DNA of 25,327 nt from a virus (lineage: Duplodnaviria; Caudoviricetes): IMG/VR virus record IMGVR_UViG_3300031963_000864, positions 1 to 25,327 of that record; one strand, written 5' to 3'. The translations under genes were made by a program, and so were the position numbers. The notes beneath the pieces are model-generated. The model saw only the letters and a program-made list of their open reading frames with translations. It was not told where the DNA came from and did not search any database. Below, piece after piece: positions 1 through 8,100 of this stretch (position 1 is the first letter of the stretch; every line of letters starts with the position of its first letter).

Positions 1-2
1 AG

Positions 3-158
3 AACCGTGTATGGGGCTTCCAGAGAGACATCACTGTAAACCGTGAATACAAGCCAAAGAAAGACACAATTGAATACACAGTATTCGTACGCTTTGGTAT
101 CCAATGGGAAGAACTAGATGCAGTCGCATATGTTGACTCAGATAGCGCTGATTCCTAA
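3..158 (+). CDS. Major capsid protein, C-terminal fragment (5' truncated by window edge)
   Basis: Not in the ORF track. Frame 3 reads NRVWGFQRDITVNREYKPKKDTIEYTVFVRFGIQWEELDAVAYVDSDSADS* (TAA 156-158), resembling HK97-fold capsid C-termini. It is followed by a terminator-like hairpin and neck genes. Confidence 0.8.
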   Translation, partial: NRVWGFQRDITVNREYKPKKDTIEYTVFVRFGIQWEELDAVAYVDSDSADS

Positions 159-177
159 AATATAACAATCACGTACT

Positions 178-207
178 AGGGAGGGCGGTATAAAAACCGT
201 CCTCCTT
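178..207 (+). terminator. Putative intrinsic terminator / mRNA-stabilising hairpin after the capsid gene
   Basis: GGAGGGCGGT (180-189), loop ATAAAA, ACCGTCCTCC (196-205) with one G:U pair, followed by a weak U tract (TTATT). Confidence 0.7.
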
Positions 208-220
208 ATTGTCATTCTGG

Positions 221-229
221 TGGTATAAT
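221..229 (+). promoter_or_regulatory. Extended -10 promoter motif TGGTATAAT
   Basis: Perfect TGnTATAAT in intergenic DNA just after the hairpin, with no -35 match; SD-like AGGAGA precedes ATG 252. Confidence 0.65.
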
Positions 230-251
230 TACAAATGAGTACAGGAGAATT

Positions 252-608
252 ATGAATACAACAATGGAAGAATTGTCAACTAAGAGTGTATTAGCATTAA
301 AAGCATATGCTAAAAAAAATAATATAGAATTGTTTGAAGCAAGTACTAAACTTGAAATTTTGGAAATTATTGCTAGTTGGTTTCCACCAGAAAATAAAGA
401 AGAGCGTGTAGAAGAAGCAGATAAGGCTGAAAATATAACAAACAAGGTGGCTCTATATTCAGATAAAAATCTTCATATGGACAACCTTGGTGCTTTAAAG
501 GTGGGGTATAACATAGTGTCAAAGGAGGCATCGGAGAAGTGGCTAACTCATAGGCTTGTACGCATAGCGTCACCTGAAGAGGTAGCATCTTATTACCGTA
601 AAGATTAA
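252..608 (+). CDS. Hypothetical protein with N-terminal Rho-N/HeH-like helix-extension-helix motif
   Basis: 118 aa with an SD. LSTKSVLALKAYAKKNNIELFEASTKLEILEII fits the L..lsv.eLk..Ak..gi......K.eLi..I pattern. Lies directly downstream of the capsid gene. Confidence 0.6.
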   Translation: MNTTMEELSTKSVLALKAYAKKNNIELFEASTKLEILEIIASWFPPENKEERVEEADKAENITNKVALYSDKNLHMDNLGALKVGYNIVSKEASEKWLTHRLVRIASPEEVASYYRKD

Positions 609-1609
609 TGTCAACAGTACTTCGTTTACCACCATACCCGCTTTCAGTAACCTATAAGGTTCCAAATGAAGCAGCAGATTATATTCTTGTTATTGAAGAT
701 GTCCCAGAGCAAACAGAAATTGAAGAATTTATTAGTGCAGAATCTGGACTAACATCTTCTTCAGAAGGAACTATTACATATGAACTAAGCGGGGACTTTA
801 TTAAATATGATAAATCCTATGCAGTGACTATATATGAAGATATTGATGGGGAACGTGGAGATATAGTAGTTGAAGATAACTTACAAATTGAACGTCCATA
901 TATAGATCCGACAGAGTTGGCAATTGCAAATGGTGAAACCTCTGCCACAGATATTGCTAAATATAAAGAATATGAATCTTTAGCAAGAGCAATTATTGAC
1001 ACAATGGTTGATGGTTTTTACTATACTCGTAAATATCTTGAAATAGTTGGTCAAGAAACAGATTACATTCCTCTTTGGGATAGAACACATAAAATATTAA
1101 AAGCATATGAAAATGCAGAGTTAGTTTATGATATTGATGATCCAGACGGTCCAGCATTGGGAGATTATAATTATTTAATTACTAAAGATAAAACTGCAAT
1201 TACAAAAGATCCAGTGCAAGCAACAGACTCTCTTAATAGAGCAGAAAGACGTCCAGCAAGAATTCCAGTGGCTTCCTCAGACTCGTTTGCAATATTTGAT
1301 ACAGAAGATAGTGGAAATGTTCAAACTATTACGGCTGGCGTAGGATTTCCAAATGGAACAGATTACATTTTCTTAGTAGAAACAGGATACAAGGTAGTTC
1401 CTATTGATATTCAAGATGCCACAAAATTATTAATTAATGACATTAAATGTGGCAAATTAGATTATTACAAGAGATATGTAAAAAACTACAGCACTGATCA
1501 ATTTAAAATTGAATACGATAAAAGAATGATTGAGGGTACTGGAAATATTATTGTAGACAAGATTTTGTCTAAATATGTTAATAATATTGTTCGTCCTGGA
1601 GTTTTGTAA
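608..1609 (+). CDS. Putative head-to-tail adaptor (neck protein)
   Basis: 333 aa, TAATG overlap with the upstream gene. Segments ESLARAIIDTMV and GYKVVPIDIQDATKLLI resemble adaptor motifs (Gy..vP.di..A...l); synteny agrees. Confidence 0.6.
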   Translation: MSTVLRLPPYPLSVTYKVPNEAADYILVIEDVPEQTEIEEFISAESGLTSSSEGTITYELSGDFIKYDKSYAVTIYEDIDGERGDIVVEDNLQIERPYIDPTELAIANGETSATDIAKYKEYESLARAIIDTMVDGFYYTRKYLEIVGQETDYIPLWDRTHKILKAYENAELVYDIDDPDGPALGDYNYLITKDKTAITKDPVQATDSLNRAERRPARIPVASSDSFAIFDTEDSGNVQTITAGVGFPNGTDYIFLVETGYKVVPIDIQDATKLLINDIKCGKLDYYKRYVKNYSTDQFKIEYDKRMIEGTGNIIVDKILSKYVNNIVRPGVL

Positions 1610-2058
1610 TGAACTCATGTGAAGTTACAGACTTTATGTACCCAATGAAGGCTGATATATATTTCCCAATTCTTACACAAGGTGAATATGGTCAACCCAA
1701 AAAAGACTGGGTTTATGATAGAACTATAGTATGTAATGCAACACCAGTTGGTGGCTTAGGAACAGAAGATATTAAACCAGAAGCATTTTTACAATATGAA
1801 AACAAACTTATTGCAAGGACCCAAAATGACCCCAGATTATCTTCAAATAATGCAAATAATGCAACAACAAATATACTTGTAACTAATGTAAGAAACGCTA
1901 GTGATAGCATTATTTATAAGGAAACTGCTGGCCCAAGATCTGGTAGAGGAACAATATATGAAATAGCAACAGTTGAGCCATTTACTGGACCATTTGGATC
2001 TGTAGAGTATTATAAAATGCTATGGCGTAGAACTGAAAATCAAACCGTAGGCGACTAA
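1609..2058 (+). CDS. Putative head closure / stopper protein
   Basis: 149 aa, TAATG coupling, beta-rich, with a GEYGQPKKDW hairpin pattern; follows the adaptor. Confidence 0.5.
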   Translation: MNSCEVTDFMYPMKADIYFPILTQGEYGQPKKDWVYDRTIVCNATPVGGLGTEDIKPEAFLQYENKLIARTQNDPRLSSNNANNATTNILVTNVRNASDSIIYKETAGPRSGRGTIYEIATVEPFTGPFGSVEYYKMLWRRTENQTVGD

Positions 2059-2735
2059 TGATAGTAAACACTAATACGCTTTCTTTTACTAAACAAATGA
2101 ATAACATAGTAAATTATTCCCTTGGATTTTTAGAGGGTGTAAATCGTGGTAAAAAAATATTTCTTGATAATTTGGGATTAGGAGTTATTCAGTCATTATC
2201 ACAATATATTGATGTGCAGGCAAGGTCAAACCCAAAAGCATTACATCACGTTTACGAATGGAATCAAACTGGTAGTCCAACTGCAAGATTATTTGATTTA
2301 AGATATACCGTTAGCAATCTAGGATTATCTATTAATTCTACCTTTAGACAATCAAGAAGCGTATCAGAAAATATGACAGCCCCGTTTTATGATAAAGCAA
2401 GAATAATGGAAAATGGAATTCCAGTTACAATTGCACCAACCAAGTCTAAAGTATTGAAATTTAATGGACCTAGCGGAGAAGTTTTTACAAGTAAGCCAAT
2501 TAAAATTGAAAATCCAGGTGGAGATGCAGTATATAAAGGTTTTGAATCAACATTTGATGAATTTATGACAAGATATTTTAAACAATCATTTTTGAGAGCA
2601 TCTGGTTTATACGACTATATTAAAAAACCAACTTTATACAAAAAGAATTTTAAAGCAGGATCAAAAATGGGTAAAAGTAAAGGTGTTGATACAGGCTTTA
2701 AGTGGATTACTAATGCAACAATTGGGGTAGAATAA
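2058..2735 (+). CDS. Putative tail completion / neck protein
   Basis: 225 aa, basic. PVTIAPTKSKVLKF...VFTSKPIKIENPG resembles the I.P...k.L.F....vf.k.V.hPG motif of phage neck proteins; synteny agrees. Confidence 0.55.
   Translation: MIVNTNTLSFTKQMNNIVNYSLGFLEGVNRGKKIFLDNLGLGVIQSLSQYIDVQARSNPKALHHVYEWNQTGSPTARLFDLRYTVSNLGLSINSTFRQSRSVSENMTAPFYDKARIMENGIPVTIAPTKSKVLKFNGPSGEVFTSKPIKIENPGGDAVYKGFESTFDEFMTRYFKQSFLRASGLYDYIKKPTLYKKNFKAGSKMGKSKGVDTGFKWITNATIGVE
2728..2733 (+). promoter_or_regulatory. -10 motif TAGAAT positioned for a leaderless transcript
   Basis: GGGG-TAGAAT followed by 6 nt and then ATG 2740; no clear SD at normal spacing. Confidence 0.4.
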
Positions 2736-2739
2736 GACT

Positions 2740-3312
2740 ATGGCTATACTAACAGACACTGGTTTTCCACCTACCTTTTTAAATAGATATGTTTTATCTG
2801 AGTTAGCATTCTATGGGCTTGTTGCAGAATCAGACCTTGTTAATCCAACCCCAATGGTTCCAGCACAATTTCCAACAAACATTGAAGATTTATATAACGA
2901 TAGTATTCAAATAAGACAAACAGAAAGCCCAGTTCTTATTGTTTATGACAGACTTATGAGGTTTAGACCTACTCCATTTTATGCTCACAAAAGAGAGCAA
3001 CTTATATATTTTATATATTCTACAGATGTGGGTAAGTTAATAGATTCTGTGCGTGTGATTTCAAATGCCCTTGATCGTGAAGACGCTTCAGCCCAGGATA
3101 TAAACTCTTATAGCATTTCAAACCCTATACTAAACTCTGCTGGAGAGGTGTCTATACCATATAACATTTATTTCCATAACACAAGGGTGTACCAGGCAGA
3201 TGAAAGCAGGGACGTAGCAGAATTGGCATCAGCCAGAACCCTGTTTGTAAATAAATTAATCATTGAGTACGACTACCATATAAAGACTGAGCCAGACTCT
3301 AGATACACATAA
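2740..3312 (+). CDS. Putative tail terminator protein
   Basis: 190 aa immediately upstream of the major tail protein gene; function assigned mostly from synteny. Confidence 0.5.
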   Translation: MAILTDTGFPPTFLNRYVLSELAFYGLVAESDLVNPTPMVPAQFPTNIEDLYNDSIQIRQTESPVLIVYDRLMRFRPTPFYAHKREQLIYFIYSTDVGKLIDSVRVISNALDREDASAQDINSYSISNPILNSAGEVSIPYNIYFHNTRVYQADESRDVAELASARTLFVNKLIIEYDYHIKTEPDSRYT

Positions 3313-3316
3313 ACAG

Positions 3317-3325
3317 CGGTATAAT
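3317..3325 (+). promoter_or_regulatory. -10 promoter motif (CGG)TATAAT upstream of the major tail gene
   Basis: TATAAT at 3320-3325 in a 71-nt intergenic gap with no -35 match; SD GAGGTG at 3371-3376. Confidence 0.6.
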
Positions 3326-3383
3326 TAGTTTTGAGGAAACACGCCAAACAACTTAATATACTTTATGAAAGAGGTGAATAAAT

Positions 3384-4016
3384 ATGCCATATAGCCGTGG
3401 TACGTCAAACAACATTATCGTTGGTGCAGCAGCACTTTTCGTTGCAGATACTACCCTTACACCAGGCACACTAGAGTCTTTTGATTCCAGTGAGTCTTTT
3501 AAGGATACTCTGACAGCAGATGCAGCGTACACTAACGTAGGTTATACCATGAACGGTTTAGAATTACAATTCCAACCAGACTTCGGTGAAGTCCAGGTAG
3601 ATCAAATTCTTGACGTTGCAAAACTATATAAGCAAGGTATGCAAGTTAATCTTGCTACCGCTTTTGCTGAAGCAACCCTAGAAAACTTGCTTCTTGCATT
3701 AGCATTCTCTGATGCACAACTTACAGGAAACAAGGCAGCATCTACAGGTCAGACACTTAATCTATCTGCAGGTGAACTTGGAGAATGTCCAGTAGAACGA
3801 GGAATCGTTGCTGTTGGACCAGGAACTGGAGATTGCGACAACTCTGACTCTGTTGAGCGTGTCTACACAGCATATCGTGCTCTATCAATTGAGAACGTAA
3901 CTGTATCCGCAAAGCGTGACGAAGCGTCAATGTTTGAAGTTTCATTCCGTCTTCTACCAGAAGATGCGTCAGGATCATATGGAAAGATCGTAGATCGTAC
4001 ATTTGGTCAATCATAA
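3384..4016 (+). CDS. Major tail (tube) protein
   Basis: 210 aa. NIIVGAAALF, VGYTMNGLELQFQPDFGEVQVDQ and AEATLENL are typical of siphovirus tail tube proteins. Strong SD, downstream terminator, and position before the chaperones and tape measure gene. Confidence 0.85.
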   Translation: MPYSRGTSNNIIVGAAALFVADTTLTPGTLESFDSSESFKDTLTADAAYTNVGYTMNGLELQFQPDFGEVQVDQILDVAKLYKQGMQVNLATAFAEATLENLLLALAFSDAQLTGNKAASTGQTLNLSAGELGECPVERGIVAVGPGTGDCDNSDSVERVYTAYRALSIENVTVSAKRDEASMFEVSFRLLPEDASGSYGKIVDRTFGQS

Positions 4017-4030
4017 TCTAACTTTAGATT

Positions 4031-4071
4031 AAAACAAAGGCCCACCTTTTATTAGGTGGGTTTTTTGTTTT
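4031..4071 (+). terminator. Rho-independent terminator, probably bidirectional
   Basis: AAAACAAAGG-CCCACCT (4041-4047), loop TTTATT, AGGTGGG (4054-4060), then TTTTTTGTTTT. Confidence 0.9.
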
Positions 4072-4076
4072 GCCTA

Positions 4077-4085
4077 TGATAGAAT
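4077..4085 (+). promoter_or_regulatory. Extended -10 motif TGATAGAAT
   Basis: Lies immediately after the terminator and 9 nt before ATG 4095; no SD and no -35. Confidence 0.55.
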
Positions 4086-4094
4086 AGATAAATC

Positions 4095-4790
4095 ATGGCA
4101 ACAACCGTTTATCAAAATAAAATAATAAAACTTATTGATGGCACAGAACTAGAGATTATGCCACTAAAAATAAAATATCTACGTGAGTTTATGGAAGCAT
4201 TTGAATATGTTAAAAAAGCCAAAAATGATGATGAGGCCGTAGATTATTTAATAGAATGTGTAAGAATTACAATGAAGCAATACTATCCAGAAATAATATT
4301 AACAAAATCTGATATAGAGGATAGTCTTGATATGCCAACAATATATACAATTTTAGATATTTCGGCGGGAATTAAAATAAATGAAAAGTCAAGTCAGACA
4401 GTTAAAAACCAAGCAGAGGATAGTGGTGCCACATGGTCAGACTTGGATTTAGCAAAAATTGAGGCTGAGGTATTTCTAATAGGTATTTGGAAAGATTACA
4501 AAGAGTTAGAAGAATCACTATCTATGCCAGAACTTATGGCAACCCTTTCTAGTCGTAGAGAACTTGACTATGAAGAAAAAAAGTTTCTTGCTGCAATTCA
4601 AGGGGTAGACTTAGATAAACAGTCTGGATCTTCAAGGGGTCAAAAAGAATGGGAAGACATGAAAGCCAGGGTATTTAGTAAAGGTAAAACAAGTGATAGT
4701 AAAGACATATTGGCTCTTCAAGGTCAAAATGCCAAGAGTGCAGGGTTTGGTATTGGCATGGGCTTAGAGTACGAAGATTTAACAAAATAA
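4095..4790 (+). CDS. Tail assembly chaperone, long form (in-frame GT-like fusion)
   Basis: 231 aa between the tail tube and tape measure genes. The first ~100 aa are paralogous to the next gene; the ~130-aa C-terminal extension occupies the place of the T moiety. Confidence 0.75.
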   Translation: MATTVYQNKIIKLIDGTELEIMPLKIKYLREFMEAFEYVKKAKNDDEAVDYLIECVRITMKQYYPEIILTKSDIEDSLDMPTIYTILDISAGIKINEKSSQTVKNQAEDSGATWSDLDLAKIEAEVFLIGIWKDYKELEESLSMPELMATLSSRRELDYEEKKFLAAIQGVDLDKQSGSSRGQKEWEDMKARVFSKGKTSDSKDILALQGQNAKSAGFGIGMGLEYEDLTK

Positions 4791-4814
4791 TACAATAAAA
4801 AATTAGCACCTCCG

Positions 4815-4823
4815 TGCTATAAT
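4815..4823 (+). promoter_or_regulatory. Extended -10 promoter motif TGCTATAAT
   Basis: Perfect TGnTATAAT in a 57-nt gap; strong SD AGGAGG at 4837-4842. Confidence 0.7.
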
Positions 4824-4847
4824 TGACATAACCTATAGGAGGAAATA

Positions 4848-5177
4848 ATGGCAACAACTACGTATGAGGAAAATACTCTTACATTGATTGATGGCACAAA
4901 GGTTACAGTACGTCCTCTAAAAATCTCTCTACTTCGTCCGTTTATGAAGAAGTTTGAGGGTGTGGGAGCAGTGGCGGAAGATAACGGGAAATCTATGGAC
5001 ATTCTTATGGAATGTGTACAGATTGCAATGAAACAATACAAGCCAGAACTCTCTGAAGACGTAAAGAAACTAGAGGAGAATATTGATCTCCCAACTGTTT
5101 ACAAGATCGTAGAAGCAGCATCAGGTATTAAACTTGCTGAAGTTTCAGACGTTCTTGGCGTAACTATGGCTGAATAA
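4848..5177 (+). CDS. Tail assembly chaperone, short form (G-like)
   Basis: 109 aa, the size and position of a gpG-like chaperone; ends 22 nt before the tape measure start; strong SD. Confidence 0.75.
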   Translation: MATTTYEENTLTLIDGTKVTVRPLKISLLRPFMKKFEGVGAVAEDNGKSMDILMECVQIAMKQYKPELSEDVKKLEENIDLPTVYKIVEAASGIKLAEVSDVLGVTMAE

Positions 5178-5199
5178 TTTAAAAGAGGTGTGAAACTAA

Positions 5200-8100
5200 A
5201 TGGCTGATGTTAATGCTAATATTGACATTAATATTGATTCGTCTAATGCATTAGCACAGTTAAAAGCATTACAACGTCAGATATCACAGTTTCACACCTC
5301 AATAGCCAAATCAAGTGAAGCAGCAGCCCTTGCTCAAAGAGGCTTACAGAAAAATCTTTTAAATAGTATTAACGCTATCGGTTCATTTACTGCCGAAATG
5401 CGTACAGTTAAAACATCTGCAGAATCATTTACCGACTCATTAGAAAAAAATAAATTTTCAATGCGGGAATACTTCCGCTATGCGGGAGCATCTACAAAAA
5501 CATTTGGTAGATTATTTAGGTCAGAGTTTGACACAATTGGCAAGGTAGCCGAAGAACGTGTAAAAAGACTACAAACACAATATATTAAGATGGGCCGTGA
5601 TACTAACGGTGCAATGAAAGCAATGGCTGTTATGCCAACTCAGTTGAACATGGATGATTATACAACTAGAGTTCAAATAGCAGCACAGAAGCAGGCATTA
5701 TTTAATCAATTAATGAAGCAGGGTTCCACCAATCTTTTAAATTTTGGTAAGAATACACAATGGGCTGGTCGTCAGTTAATGGTTGGTTTTACATTACCAT
5801 TGATGGCAGTAGGCACAGCAGCAACCAAAACATTTATGGACATGGAAGCACAGGCACTTAGATTTAGAAAAGTTTATGGAGACTTATTTACACCACAGGC
5901 AGAAACACAGGCAGCACTAGATAATATTACAGAATTAGGAAAGCAGTTTACAAAGTATGGCGTAGCAGTTTCTACTACTGTTGGATTAGCAGCAGAGGCT
6001 GCAGCAGCAGGCTTCCAAGGACTAGATTTACAACGTCAAACAACAGAAGCAACACGACTTTCTATTCTTGGTCAAGTTGATAGTCAAAAAGCACTTGAAA
6101 CAACTATTTCTTTACAAAATGCCTTTGGTATGTCATCTGACAGACTTGCAGATTCTATTAACTTTTTAAACGCAGTAGAAAACCAAACAGTTGTATCTCT
6201 TGATGATATCACTACTGCTATTCCAAAGGTAGCACCAGTTATTCAACAATTGGGTGGAGATGTAAAAGACTTAACATTCTTTATGGCTGCTATGAAAGAA
6301 GGCGGTATTAATGCATCAGAAGGCGCTAACGCATTAAAGTCAGGTCTTGCAGCATTAATTAATCCAACTGAAAAAGCATCAGACATGCTTGCAAGGTTCG
6401 GTATTAATGCAACTGCAATTGTTGAAAAAAATAAAGGAAATTTAAAAGCAACAGTTGTAGAATTTGCAAATGCTTTAAATGCTTTAGATCCACTTTCTAG
6501 AGCAAGAGCAATTGAACAAATGTTTGGTAAGTTTCAATTTGCTCGTTTGTCAACATTGTTTGCTAACGTAGCCAGAGATGGAAACCAGGCTGCCCGTGTT
6601 CTTGATTTAGCAAATGCCTCAGTAGAAGAACTATCTGCTCTGTCTGAGCAAGAATTAGGCATGACAGCAGACTCTGCAATGAATAAATTTAGAAAAACAG
6701 TTGAAGACTTAAAGGTTTCCCTTATACCAGTTGGCAAGGCATTTTTAGAAGCAGTAACACCAATTGTAGAATTTGTTGGAAATATATTAGAAAAATTTTC
6801 TAATCTTTCAGATGGAACTAAAAGACTTATTACTTTACTAACAGTAGGTATTGGAGCAGTAGGCCCTGTCCTTCTTATGACATTTGGTTTGCTTGCAAAC
6901 GGTATAGCAAATATCATTAAACTATTTTTAACATTACGTGGCGGGTATCAAAGATTAACTGGTCAAACACAAATACTTGGAGAGCAAACCCAGTATATGA
7001 CAAGTGAGCAGTTAGATGCAGCAGCAGCAGCCCATTCTCTTAATCAAACACACGCTACACTAACTCAAACCTTTACAGCAGAAACGGCACAAATCACTAA
7101 ACTTATTGCAGCATATAACTCTGCAGCAGGAGCAGCAAGAAACTTTGCAATGAATAATCCTGGAATGATGATGCCAGGAAGAGGTGCTAGAAAATTAGCA
7201 AGTGGTATTGTTTCAGTTCCTGGACCAAAAGGAGCAGGGGATATAGTTCCAGCAATGCTATCTCCAGGAGAATCAGTTATTCCAGCAGACATGACAAAGA
7301 AATATGCTCCACTAATTCAAGGAATGATTGCAGACAATATTCCTGGATATCAAAAAGGAAGAAGTTTAGGAACAGCGGTTGATGTTCCAGGTGGAATGGA
7401 TGTATCACACTTTGGAACAAAAAGTTCTAGAACTGGTGCAGAACTATTTTCAATGGTTGAAGGACTAGAAACATCCGCTGCTAGAAATATTAGAAAAATG
7501 GTTGCGTCTTTTGAAAATGGATTAACTAGAGTATTCACAACTTTTGACAATCAGGTGGTTGCACAGTTTACTGAAATAAATAGATTAATGCAAACACAAG
7601 GAAAAGCAAGCACACAAAAAGTTAAACAAAATTTAGTTGGTGCAGGATTTGCTGAAACACGAGACATAGAGTTACAAAGACAATTAGTACAGTCTGGAAC
7701 ATCTATTGATGAATTTAAATTAATAAATAAACAAATAACAGATGAAATTATTATAGGTTTTGATGCTTTAGGAGATAAAACAGAAATTACCTCTGAAGAA
7801 CTAAATAATCTTTTAAGAAAGGCTTATGAAGAAGTAGCAAAAACAGATGCTCGTGTTGAAAAAGCATACAACAACATGAAGCAGGTCTCAAGTGTCTTTA
7901 GTCCAGATAGAGCAGGAGTTAGAGGATCAAGAATTCCAATAACAGAAGAATCTTATATCAAACAAAAAAAGAGTACGCAAAGAACTCCAAGTCAATATAG
8001 AAAAATGCAAGGGCAGATGGTTGGTGCTGAAAACATTCCATATGCACAATCTAGTAGATTTGTTGTTACAAATAGTATTGCTAAAGAATTAGACCTCAGC

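Noticed and set aside
4401-4410. GTTAAAAACC near the G/T boundary of the long chaperone as a slippery site
   Set aside because: It does not fit XXXYYYZ, and the frame is already open through the T-like region. At most it is a decayed remnant, which I cannot support.
5990-7035. GCAGCAGCA runs in the tape measure gene
   Set aside because: They are poly-Ala codons from GCA codon bias, not a separate repeat element.
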